Positions 29,030-40,500 of a DNA stretch of 64,000 bases are shown here, piece by piece (position 1 is the first letter of the stretch; every line of letters begins with the position of its first letter). The stretch lies in contig OZ244999.1 in NCBI GenBank assembly GCA_965223265.1, positions 2,784,001 through 2,848,000 on the forward strand. The letters are read 5' to 3'. Source of the stretch: Planctomycetota bacterium (GTDB lineage Bacteria > Planctomycetota > UBA8108 > SXIK01). The position numbers were made by a program, and so were the translations under genes. The notes beneath the pieces were generated by a model. It saw nothing but the letters and a program-made list of their open reading frames with translations, was not told the origin of the DNA and made no database searches.

Positions 29030-31702
29030 ATGAAATCAAAAGACGTTCTCGCACTTTACCTTGAAGCACCGACGAGCCAGCGCTTTCGTAGCGTCGTTGA
29101 GGAGCTGCGCGATCACGTCTACGTGCTGGCGGCGCGGGTGCTGAAGGATGACGCGCTCGCCGAGGACGTCACGCAAGATGTGTTCCTGCTGCTCTGCGAC
29201 GCTAGCCGCTGGCAAGACCACAAGATCCGTAGCGGTCTCGGCTTCGTGACATCGCTGACGCTTTCGGTAGCGCGCACGAAAAAGCGGAGCGAGGCGAGAA
29301 GGCACTACGAGATTCTGGCGCCAGACGTGGTGGAGAATGCCTCCTCGCCCATGGGGCTCTCACCTCTCGATCTGGCAGTGATCTACGAAGCGATCGAGTC
29401 GCTCCCTCCCGCCCACCGCGAGTGCGTTGAGAGGCGCTACCTCGAGGGGCAATCGATCGATTCGATCGCTGAAGCGATCGACCGAAATCGGCGCACCGTA
29501 CTCTATCGCATAGCAGCCGGGACGAAGACACTACGTCAAAAACTCAGCCCGGCGCGCTTCGCTCTCATGGCGGCGGTGCTGCATCCGCTCTACGACCGGA
29601 TGAAGGTGAGCGCAGCGGAAGTCCCGAAGGCGCTTGCCGCGCGGCTCGACGAGATCGCCGAGAGCTGGAGCGGCGCTGCGCCTACGCGTGACTCGGTACC
29701 TCTCAGAAGCCGCCGGCGCGAGCGGCTGCCCGCGGGGGCATCGGTTCAGGCGGCGAAGCTGTTTTTGGTCTCTGCTCTGCTGGCTTCTCTCATCTTCACG
29801 GCGGTGTGGCGCATGGTGGAGCGCGACTTGAAGCAGCGCGCGGGCGTTGCAGGTGCTCCGGAGCCCACGGCGGTCGAGTCACAGGCCGCGAGTGAGCCAG
29901 TGGCGCAGGTAACACCAGCCGTCGCGCGCAGCGCTGAAGCACCGCCGGCGCCGAGGCCTGCTGCGGCCGCCGAGCCTGAAGCTGAAAGCGGTGAGACGGC
30001 CGCCCTCGAAGAGAAGAAGCCACCGAAGGTGCTCGCGTCGGTCGAGCTTCACGTCGTTGACGAAGAGGACGTCCCGGTCCGTCACGGAACTGTCACCCTC
30101 TACGGCCCGGGCATGGTGCCAGGTCCAGACCAAGGTCTTGTGCGCGGCGATGAGATCGCGCTTCGTCTCGACACCTACAATCTCGCAGAGAGGAACCCGC
30201 GGCGCTTGCGTTTTCTTTCGGAGCGTTTCATTGGCGTCGATCTCACCGCGCGGGTGTATGCCGATGAGTACCCGCGGCTGAGCCGTGCTCGCTTTCGCGC
30301 TGAACTTGGGGAGAACCGCAAGGTTGAGATCGTCTTGAGGTCGCGGCTGAGGGCGCAGATTGCAGTGAAGGACGCCGTCACGGGCGACGCTGTCGCGCGC
30401 GCGGCAGTCATGGCCAAGACCCGCATTGAAGAGAAGAACACCTACCAGCGCATCCGAAGTGTCTCGAGCGAAGAGGGTTTTTGCACGTTTCGCGGTCTTC
30501 GAGCAGGCAGCTACGATCTCGACATTACCGCGTACGGCTACGAGAGCACATCGCTTCGGAGTGTCGACCTTGAAGGACTCAACACGGTATGGATTCAGCC
30601 GTCGGCGCCGCCAAGCGGCGAGGCGACCGTTCGCGTCTACGATCCCGAGAGCAAACTGCAAGAGGGCGTCGAGGTCACCTGCAGGTTCGCAGGTGATGCC
30701 ATCTCCGAGACGACGAACGTCGAAGGCGTCTGCGTTTTCACGCATCTTCCTGCGGCGGAGTGCAGGTTCGAGATCGAGAGGCCAAAGGGCGCGGGAAATC
30801 CGTTCGTCCATCACGTGACCGCAGCGCTTGGGGAAGGTGAAGCGCTGAGCGTCGTTCTCGGCAAAGCGCCGACGGTCGTCGTCCCAACGCGCTTCGTCGA
30901 TCCCGCCGGCAAGCCAGTCGTGAAGCTCATTCAATTTGCTGGCTCTGCGTTCCTTCGCGGCAAGACCCGAGAGGATGGCGTTTTGATGTTCCGCCACGCG
31001 CCGGGGGACTACGTCGTCAGCATTCTCGGCCCAACGGTTTGGGAGTTTTTCGAGCGATTGAGCGTCACAGCGACATCGATGCCCGAAGTTCAGTTCGTGG
31101 TGGGGCTTAAGAGCCTGAGCGGGGAGATTGTAGGCGCCCCTATATATAACGTGTCGAAAGTGCGTCTCGAGGGGGCAGATCGAAGCGGCGAGACGAGAGT
31201 TTCGGAAGATGGCAGGTTCATGTTCGAAGGCCTGGTGCCGGGGCGCTACGAGCTCGTAGTGCCGGAGCTCGAGTACCCGCTCGCGCCGCCGATCGAGCTT
31301 GAGATCGATGGCGGCGAGGAGGATGCCTTGGGCGAGGGAAGAGTTGACGATGAAGTTGTCGATGACAAGGCTCGCGTCCCTAACGAATTGGCGAGAGCTA
31401 CGCAGTCGATCTCGATCGATCTCGAACGCCGCGGCGTTCTGCGTCTTTCCATTGCAGACGCCGAAGGACGTCCGCTACCCGACGCGGAGGTTGAGTGCTG
31501 GAGACGCGGAGAAGACGGAGTGCGCCTTGACTTGCCACCGCACGCAAGCGGCGAGCGCCGAAGCGTCTTCGCGGCGCTGGTCGAAAGCGGTAAGTACCGA
31601 GTCGTCGCGAGAAGCCGCGGTCACGACGTCTGGCGCGGCAGCGCCGAAGTCGCCGCAGGCGAGATGGCGAACGCCGAAGTTGAGCTTGAGGTGGGGGAGT
31701 GA
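29030..31702 (+). CDS. ECF sigma-70 factor fused to TM and carboxypeptidase-regulatory-like domains
   Basis: LAEDVTQDVFL (region 2), AIESLP...RRYLEG.SI..IA (region 4), a TM helix and repeated G.F.F.GL.PG.Y domains. Confidence 0.82.
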   Translation: MKSKDVLALYLEAPTSQRFRSVVEELRDHVYVLAARVLKDDALAEDVTQDVFLLLCDASRWQDHKIRSGLGFVTSLTLSVARTKKRSEARRHYEILAPDVVENASSPMGLSPLDLAVIYEAIESLPPAHRECVERRYLEGQSIDSIAEAIDRNRRTVLYRIAAGTKTLRQKLSPARFALMAAVLHPLYDRMKVSAAEVPKALAARLDEIAESWSGAAPTRDSVPLRSRRRERLPAGASVQAAKLFLVSALLASLIFTAVWRMVERDLKQRAGVAGAPEPTAVESQAASEPVAQVTPAVARSAEAPPAPRPAAAAEPEAESGETAALEEKKPPKVLASVELHVVDEEDVPVRHGTVTLYGPGMVPGPDQGLVRGDEIALRLDTYNLAERNPRRLRFLSERFIGVDLTARVYADEYPRLSRARFRAELGENRKVEIVLRSRLRAQIAVKDAVTGDAVARAAVMAKTRIEEKNTYQRIRSVSSEEGFCTFRGLRAGSYDLDITAYGYESTSLRSVDLEGLNTVWIQPSAPPSGEATVRVYDPESKLQEGVEVTCRFAGDAISETTNVEGVCVFTHLPAAECRFEIERPKGAGNPFVHHVTAALGEGEALSVVLGKAPTVVVPTRFVDPAGKPVVKLIQFAGSAFLRGKTREDGVLMFRHAPGDYVVSILGPTVWEFFERLSVTATSMPEVQFVVGLKSLSGEIVGAPIYNVSKVRLEGADRSGETRVSEDGRFMFEGLVPGRYELVVPELEYPLAPPIELEIDGGEEDALGEGRVDDEVVDDKARVPNELARATQSISIDLERRGVLRLSIADAEGRPLPDAEVECWRRGEDGVRLDLPPHASGERRSVFAALVESGKYRVVARSRGHDVWRGSAEVAAGEMANAEVELEVGE

Positions 31703-31821
31703 TGGAGTCGTGTCGCGAGGAACGCGCAGCGTGTTGAAGAGCTAACAGTCGGCTCCGCGCGCAGTAGTGCGAGGCAGGAAGTAGAGAGCAAATCCTATGG
31801 TTACAAAGAAAGGAAAGTCAC

Positions 31822-32397
31822 ATGAGAGGTCGCACGTTCCTCATGGAGTTCGCGTTTTTCGCGTGCATCATCCTTGTCTACGTCCGCGGATGGATCTACT
31901 CCGTCGAGCGTCGCGAAGAGATTCACGCCGGGTATGTGGAGAGTCGTGCAGAGTTTGGCTGGGAGGAGGGCAGCTACGAGTGGGTCACGCTTGGGATCAA
32001 GTTCGCTCAGACGGTAGAAGAAGTCGATGCACGCATGGCCGCCATTGCTGAGCGAACAGCCAAGTACGAGGTCTTTCGTGACATGAAAGAGGAGGGTATG
32101 TCGTTCGACGGCATGATCAACCAGTACACGTTCGAGCACCACGTGAACCCAGAGTCGGAAGGTTTCGTCCACGAGCTCTACACCGTGTGGTTCGATTCCA
32201 CGGGAGGGGCCGTGAGGATGCGTCGCTCATTTTTCGGAGCCCATGGCTACTTCGAGCCTGACGAGAATTTCTGCGAGGTCGATCTCTGGACGGGGGAGAT
32301 CATGCCGACGAACGGGCAGTCGACGCTCAGGAGTCGAGCTCTGGTTCCTTCCGACGCCAACCAGCCGATGCGGTGCGGAAATCGCGGCGGAAGCTGA
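31822..32397 (+). CDS. Hypothetical membrane-anchored protein
   Basis: AAGGA RBS and an N-terminal TM segment. Confidence 0.6.
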   Translation: MRGRTFLMEFAFFACIILVYVRGWIYSVERREEIHAGYVESRAEFGWEEGSYEWVTLGIKFAQTVEEVDARMAAIAERTAKYEVFRDMKEEGMSFDGMINQYTFEHHVNPESEGFVHELYTVWFDSTGGAVRMRRSFFGAHGYFEPDENFCEVDLWTGEIMPTNGQSTLRSRALVPSDANQPMRCGNRGGS

Positions 32398-32615
32398 ACT
32401 TGACGCCCACAATCGTGGGCGTTCTCGCTGACAGTGAATAGTGAATCGACTCGGCGACGGTGAGGATAGACGGCGGCGAAACTGTGTAACGGACGCGTAC
32501 CGAGAGCGTCTGGATGGGCAATTGCGCACCGCGTCCGCGGTGGAGCAGGCTTGAGCTCGAACGGCTTGCCGCTAACCCGCTTCTCGGTACGGTCAAACCA
32601 AGGTGAGGTCGACGC

Positions 32616-32930
32616 ATGATGTGTCCGAACTGCCAGTCAGAGCAGCCCATGGTTCCAGGCAATGCGGTCGTTCACACCACCGGTGTGGGGTTTATGACGG
32701 CCGGTTGGTCGTATCAGCACTGCTGGTTTCGCCCGGCCGGCTGCCGGGAGAAGGACGACGAGATCATCGTCCACAACCCAACCGGGCTCTTTGCGTTCAT
32801 GCCGTCGAAGAAGCAGGCCGCGCCGCCGGCTCACCGCTGTCGCGGGTGCGGTGCTGTGGTGATTCTGCCGCCGCGGATGCCGGGGGAGGAGCGGCGGGAG
32901 GCGCGAGAAATCGCGCGCACGAATGCGTAA
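32616..32930 (+). CDS. Small zinc-ribbon protein (DUF6487-like)
   Basis: MxCPxC...M..G N-terminus and A.RC..CG C-terminus; GAGG RBS. Confidence 0.6.
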   Translation: MMCPNCQSEQPMVPGNAVVHTTGVGFMTAGWSYQHCWFRPAGCREKDDEIIVHNPTGLFAFMPSKKQAAPPAHRCRGCGAVVILPPRMPGEERREAREIARTNA

Positions 32931-33781
32931 GCGACCGAGCACGAAGCCTTTTCGAGTATATCAGTTGTATTCAGTGGCCGTCTTCCATTCGGCACCGCCT
33001 CACTGAAGTGATGTAGAGAGCTTTGGGCTTCTCGAGATGTCCAGAAACCCAAGACGAGGGTCGGTCGGCTCCGAACGACGCAGCGCGATCGCCCCATTCA
33101 CGGAACAGCTCGACGTGGCCAACTCGCGCGAGATGCTCACGTCTCCTGGGATGTGTGGAACATTGCGGGCGGCTGACCCTTCCTGTGTGAAGTGTTTGTC
33201 ATCAATCTGCGTACCTCGCGGGAGCTAGTCGAGCGCTCTGCCCCAAGGAGGACGCTTGCGCCATCCACGATCGCGCCGAATGTGGGGTTCACTCAATGAA
33301 TCGCCCGCCTCGAGCACCGCAGAATTCCCGCATCCTCTCGAGAACACTCTCGTCTCATGAAACGTCCGACGTGGCGAGGTGCTACTCGAGTCTTCCACTC
33401 AGTGCGCTAGCTCTCCGACTCGCGAGCGAGAATGTCCGCGCTCACTTCACGCTGGTCTCACGATGCATCCAAGCGGCTAGCTAGCCTCGGCTCATGCTTC
33501 CTCGCTGAGCGCTTTGCTGCGGATTTTCTCCACCTATCAGACAATATTCCCTGCTTGAAGAGGTAATCAGAACGCCCGATGGACTCTTTATGACGATGGC
33601 CACGGATTTGCTTCTCCTGTAACGCGGCAGTGCGCAGACGCGTGAAGGGCAGCTGCGCAATTCATCGTCGACGTCGTTCGTTGGCGTGGAGCAGTTCTTA
33701 GTCGACTGCTGTGGCGGGAATTCCCGCATCTCGCGTGGGTGGAACCCGCCACGGCCCAAGTGGATACGGGAGAAGCGTCGC

Positions 33782-34429
33782 ATGAGTGCTAGAACGAAAA
33801 AGAAGTTCGCTCTGTTGATCGTATTCTCGGCGGTAGCAGGCTCCGTGGGCGGGTTCTTTCTTATGGTGGAGCGAACGAAAGGAGCGCAGGAGGACCCTCA
33901 ACTCGAAGAGAGCCGCGTCCTCAAGCCCTTTCAGTGGGGATACGACCTAGGTCAAGAGCGCGCTGGATTCTCTGGCCTCGACACAGTCTATGTCTTCGCC
34001 GACTCTACAGTGAATCTTCCCGTCCTCGAGGCTTGTTTGGATGATCCAGCGGTTGAAGCGGCAATGGGCACCTTCGTTGGTGTGATCCTTTCTGAGACCG
34101 AAGAGGACGCTGTTGCTCGTCGCTTGCGAGAGAAGGACCTCCAGCAGGTTGTCGTCGAATCTCTCAGCGGTCGATATCGCGGTTCACTTCCGCCCGGCTT
34201 TACCTGCGATGAGCTGGTTCTTCTTCTCGAGTCGATCGCCCGTCGACGCATCATCAAGCCCGCTCTGAGTCCGATCCGTTCCAGACTTCGAGTTGACCCT
34301 ACGGCCATTGATGAGTTCGTTGCGCGCGGCGAAATAGACCGCGCACGCAAGTATCTCGACTTCCTCAAGGAGTTCGAAGGAGCGGACAGTCCGGTGGCGC
34401 TAGCCGTTGAAGCCCGGATTCCCCAGTAA
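33782..34429 (+). CDS. Hypothetical membrane-anchored protein upstream of Rhs
   Basis: Basic N-terminus plus TM segment; GGAG RBS. Confidence 0.7.
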   Translation: MSARTKKKFALLIVFSAVAGSVGGFFLMVERTKGAQEDPQLEESRVLKPFQWGYDLGQERAGFSGLDTVYVFADSTVNLPVLEACLDDPAVEAAMGTFVGVILSETEEDAVARRLREKDLQQVVVESLSGRYRGSLPPGFTCDELVLLLESIARRRIIKPALSPIRSRLRVDPTAIDEFVARGEIDRARKYLDFLKEFEGADSPVALAVEARIPQ

Positions 34430-34511
34430 CCCGGCTGTTCGCCCAGTCCGAGTGCCCGAAGTCAACCCGATCCAATTGTCGGTACCAAAGAGAATCGAAA
34501 GGGGTGTTGAA

Positions 34512-37500
34512 ATGCTGCACGGCACAAAAAGTCCTCTCGTCGCGCGACCCGGTGTTTTCTCTCTCTGTTTGGTGGGGCTCGCTACCATCACCCTCAGCAG
34601 CCTCGCGGTAGAGGACGACTACGAGTTCATGCCGACCCACGCTTGGAGATTCTTGGGTTCTATGGGTGGTGACGACGTCTCTCTCACGCTCGCGGAAGGC
34701 TTTCCGGGACATCGAGTCGAACCCAAGAAGAATCGGTGGATCGCACCCGTTGACGGCGACGGCGGCTTCGACAACGTCGCTCCCCGCCTCGCAGCCGAAG
34801 AAGGGCCGGGAGGTCTCGAATGGGATCCGTCGCCGACTTACCGAACTCGCTACAAAAACGGCACGAACTACTTGCCGAACTCGACGCGACTTCAGGGGAA
34901 CAACTGGTTCACGAGGATCCCGTATGCGGAGTATGACAGCACCAATGACGTTTGGGTCATACGCTTTGACGCGAACATGATTCGCTATTTCGACGTCGAC
35001 AGCCAGAGCTCGACTGTCTACTGGGGGCGCTACGGCAACTCGCGATCGAAGCTTGTCAAGTCGGGAACGAGTCCGAACGGGCTGCTCAAGCTCAGCGATG
35101 CCGGCGGCAAGGTGTACACGTTTAGTGAGTCAGAAAGCTACAAGTGCACGAAGATCGAACCGGTAGGGATAGCTGAGACGACGATCACCTACGCTACGAA
35201 CACGATCACCGTGATCCAAAAGTCGAACTCGAGCACGGAGGTGCGAAAGTTCACGTACACCCTCACCGACCATGGAAACGGAAAACGCATCGACAAGATC
35301 GAAGTCGCCGAAAAAGACGGCACGTGGGGTAGTGCTTACCGAACCATCGACTTCACGTATCATGAGCAGGTCACGTCGCCTGCGGGCAGCTCGACGGGAG
35401 ACCTCGTTGGCATCGAAGAGACGATGGATCTCTCGGAAAGCGGCAAAACATACTCGAGAAAGTGGGTCTTCAAGTACTACACGGGCAGTTACAACGCTCA
35501 GACGAATCCCGGGAATCCCTACCAGATCGAGGCGATCTTGGAGCCAGGAGCGGTTCACGGCTACGAAAGCGCAAATCCAACGCACAACATCTACGAAAAG
35601 AGCGTCACCGACCTGGCGAACTATGTGGACCGCACGTACGAGTACCACTCCGATCGGCGGCTCAAGGAGCTCACGCTCAACGACAACTGCGGCTGCGGCG
35701 GATCGTCCGGAACGTACACGTACTCTTGGGTCAAGAACGGGACGACTCCGACAGATCTCGACACGTGGTTTTCCCGCGTCACGATCACGCTACCAACGAG
35801 CGCGGGCCACTTCATTGACTACAACAAGTATGGGCAGATCCTCAACAGTATGATCCAGGAGGATATAGCGCAGAGCGGCTCACGAAAGTGGATCCGAACG
35901 TACCGTCGTGATGATGATGGATTCTTGACCGATAGTTACTCGGTAGCCGCGTGCGACAGCTACAATACCACTACGCATATCGTGACGACGAACACGACTG
36001 GAGGTATGCACTACCAGTACGATTTCACCTATGACTCTGGGGACGATGACTGGACGCTCACTGCCAAGCTGCGCGATCCAGGAAGCGGGGACTGGAACTG
36101 GCAAGCAAAGAGAGTCTTTACGCTCAAGACCTCGGGTGATCGAAGGAGATTCTTTCAGGACTCCGAGACGATCTACCCGACCGAAACAACGACGGATTCC
36201 GGCGACACGACGTCGTTTGCCTACGAGACCTTTCACACGCTCGACGCTCTGGCGGTTGCGCGTCGAAAGATGACGTTTCCAGTCGTACCTACAGGGGAAA
36301 ACGGATCTGGCAACGCAGTCAGTATCTACGACTATTTCGAACTGGACTCGCTCCACACGTGGACGAAGGACGGCGAGGGGCATGTAGACTACATGGGCTA
36401 TGACGGCGATCGGCGCACGGAAACGATGCACGTCACGGACATCGATACCGATAGCGCAGACCGCCCGGCCGGCGTCCCGGCACCTCCCGATACAACGTTC
36501 AATAGCAGCAGTGGCCTAAACATCGTGACAAAGGACGAGTACGACGTACTCGGGCGCGTCACGAAGAGTGAATCGGCGGCGTTCGATGCGTGGAACGGAA
36601 CGAGCGTGACGTCGACGAAGATCACCAAGAGGTGGCACTACGATAAGCTTTCAGGGGACGAGCTTGTCATCATGGAGTACCCACACATTGACTCTTCGTA
36701 CCATCATGCTGCGATTTCCCTGCAGGTGATCGACCACGATGGGAATGCCGCTACGAGCGCGATGGGAGAGCTCGATACGCTCAAGCGTGATACGACGCTG
36801 TCTGACGATCTCGACGACACCGAAGCGACGATCGAAGACGCGTTTGAGGGGACGATCGTTCAACGCAGAGACTCTACTTACGACGGTTCTAAGGTCCTAA
36901 CGAGCGAAGTGTGGAGCGACGCTTCGAGCTCCCTTGCAGATAAGCACATAACCACCTACACCTACGATTCTTCCGGGAGATTGGAGACAACTAAGAATCC
37001 CGCCGGAACGATCACTCGCTACACCTATGACGTCCTCGGCCGCACGAAGATCACGGAGATCGGGACGGTCGACAGCGGCCCAACTCCCAACATGACGGCG
37101 ACTGAAAAGCTATTCTACGACGACGAGGAAGACACCTCGAGCAACGTGGGCGACGGCTTTCTCACAAGTCGTGTTCGCTACACAAAAAATAGTCTAACCG
37201 AAGGACTGCGAACAACCGACCATGATGTCGACTATCGCGGGCGGGTCACGACAGTGTTTGAGCCTCTTGATGTAAGCGAAGATCGTACGTACGACAATCT
37301 GGATCGCCTAACCCTCATTGAGCGATATGACGATGGCGGTCAGTCCTCAGTCCTCATGAGGAAGACTGAGAATTTCTACGACCCTCTTGGTCAGGCCTAT
37401 GAGGTGAGAAACTACGGGATCACGGGTGGAAGCGGATCTGACTACTCGAAGACAGCGTACTGGCATGATGCGCGGGGTCTGAACATCAAGACGCTGAGCA

Positions 37501-40500
37501 ACGGAAAAGTCTTCAAGAAGACGCAATACGACGGAGCCGGTCGCGCGATCAACCGTGCGACAAGCTATGACGCGGGACAGGATGAAAGTGCGTATAGCGC
37601 GGCGGACGATCTCGACAAAGACACGGTAATCCAAGAGAGTGTCTACACCCGAGATGCTAGCGGACGAGTGGAGCTTGAGGCGACATATGAGCGGCGCCAC
37701 GGAGCGACGGGTGAAGGGAGTCTGACCGTCGGAACCAGCGGCAACGGTCGAGCTCAGTACGTTGCCACTTGGTTCGACGAATTTGGCAGATCTTCTTGCA
37801 GAGCCAACTACGGGACAAACGGAGGGACGGACCTAACGACGCGGCCAACAGGTAGCCCTCCGGCAACGTCAGACGCCAATAGGCTCGTTACGGAGACGAG
37901 CTACACGGTAAAGGGAGAAGTCGAAGAGCAGAGAGGTCCGGCTGTCAAGACTCCTGCGAGTGAGGGCCTTGTCGTAACCCATCGCTATGAGTACACCGAC
38001 TGGGGAGCCACATCCAAACGTATTGACAACTACGTTAACGGAACCCCGGGAGTCGACGACGACAGAACGACCGTCTATACGTACGACAGCGTCGGAAGGC
38101 TGCAAACAATCACCGCCAAAGCCACTACGAACGACCAGGTGACGGAAAATGTCTACGGTGTGACCCGAGGTTCGGGCGACGCGGATTCGCGCATCGCCTC
38201 CAATGATCTCATCAAAACCGTCAAGCACCCTGACCCGTCGAATGGGGGTGCGGGTGGCGTCAACGACCAGGTGCACTATGCGTACAACGCACAGGGTCAG
38301 AGAACGTACATGGAGGACCAGCGTGACACTGCGCACGTTTATGAATACGACGATCGAGGTCGAGTGATTCACGACCGTGTAACGGTCCTCGGAGACACAG
38401 GAGTAGACGGTGCCATACGCCGAATTAGCTGGATCTACGACGCACTCGATCGTACGACGAGGGTCCGCAGCTATGACAACGCCAGCACGACGTCCGGGAC
38501 GATCAAGAACGAAGTTCACTATGTCTACGACAAATTCGGCGTGGTTAAGACAATCTATCAGGAATGGAACGGCTCAGTTGACCTGGGTTTCTCGAACAAG
38601 GTGAGCTACGCGTACAGCTTTCCGACCAATGGGACAACGGGACTCCGTCAGACTTCCACAACGTATCCGAGCGGCGCGGTCATCACAAATGTCTACGATA
38701 GTGGAATCGACGACACAATCAGCCGAGTCAGTGGCAAGAAAAAAGGAAGCGACTGGCTTTTCGAGGATGATTACCTAGGGCTCGGCAGGCTTGTCAAACG
38801 AAGGTACGCTGGGTCCGACACGTACTGGACACTCGAGGGAACAGACTCTGCCAACGCCGACAACTACGTTGGCCTCGATCGTTTCGGGCGAATCGACGAC
38901 TTGGTGGTGATTGATGGGACCACCAATGTCAATCGCTACCTGTACGCCTACAATGACCGATCCCAGATCACCTACAGGGAGGACGAAGTAGGAAACGTCT
39001 CCGGGTCTTACGAGTTTGACCAGCAGTTCACTTACGATGGCCTTGGACGGCTCACAGAACACGAGCGCGGCGAGGAGCTGGATCAGACGCCAACACATAC
39101 CTCTCACGAGTGCTGGACGCTCAATCGCTCGGGGGGCTGGGAAGATTACTACGAAGGGCTAGCGGATCCCTGCGGGACAGGCGTCTCGTGTACGCTGAAC
39201 TCCTCGAATGAGATCACAGACGTAGACTCTGTCGACTATTCGTACGACCGTGCGGGAAACATGACAGAGCGTGGAAGTGATTATGACCTGATCTTTGATG
39301 CCTGGAGTCGTCTCGTCGAAGTCAAGGATGGGGCGGTCACAGTTTCAAAATACGCTTATAACGGAATCCATCAAAAGATATCGAGTGGCGAGTATTCGTC
39401 ACTGGAGTACGACTACTATTACTCGAATAATAATCAAGTCGTAGAGGAGTGGTATAGAGATGATGACGATTACAAGCAGTGGTATGCCTGGGGTACACAA
39501 GATGTTGATGACATCGTCGTTCGATCGACTGGATCAACTTCGTCCTATTTCAAGTATTATGTCCTTGATGCAAACCTCAACGTGGTCACTCGCCTTGGTT
39601 CGACGGGGGCGCCGATCAGCCGGTACGTTTACTACAGCTATGGTGAGCCCAAGCAGCTGAGTTCTAATTGGACGACATGGCAAACCATCACCGAAGACCA
39701 TTACCTATTCACCGGTCGGCAGTATCACCGGAGGCATGGTGCATACGACTATCGAGCTCGCTTTCGGGACGCGGAGATTGGTGGCTTCGTGCAGCGTGAC
39801 CCAATAGGGAGCTGGGGCGATGAAGAAAACTGGGGAAACGGATATATGTACGTGGCAAGCGATCCGGCAAATTTGAGAGATGGCAAGGGGTTGTGGTCGA
39901 CGTCTGATCACGAAAAGCTAACAAACACCACACTGGATCACCTTACAATACGGGAATTATTTGGCGGTTGGGGCTGGATTGGTCGCTGTAAAGAACGAAT
40001 AACTGATGACTTGCACTACTATAATGAACGGCAGGATTCATCCTGGATACTTGGTCCTGTACTTTCTCCTTCAAGGCATTTTATGGCTCCCTACATTGTC
40101 AGTCAAAAATGGATGAGGCGTAGATATATTCGATACGTTGACGATGAAATGGATACCCTGAAAGAGATATTAAAAAATAGTGTTGGAGATTTCGGAGACG
40201 ATGGATGTTGGCGATTTAATAATATGGAAAAATGTACTGAGCAATGCAGTTTCGCTTTGCGATCTCTTGGATATTTGTTGCATAGTTATCAGGATTATTA
40301 TGGTCACTCTACAAACTGGATTAGTGGTGACAATCCTCTCCGACACAGTGATGCGTCTCTGCCAATGAGATGGGAGCCTGAGCATGAAGAGAGGAACTCT
40401 CGTTTCCACTCAGCGCGTTTTTCTTCGGCCTCACTTTGGTCAGCTGAGAAGATATCGACAGAACTCTATATGATGAAAACAGGAAAGATTCGTAAAGTTT

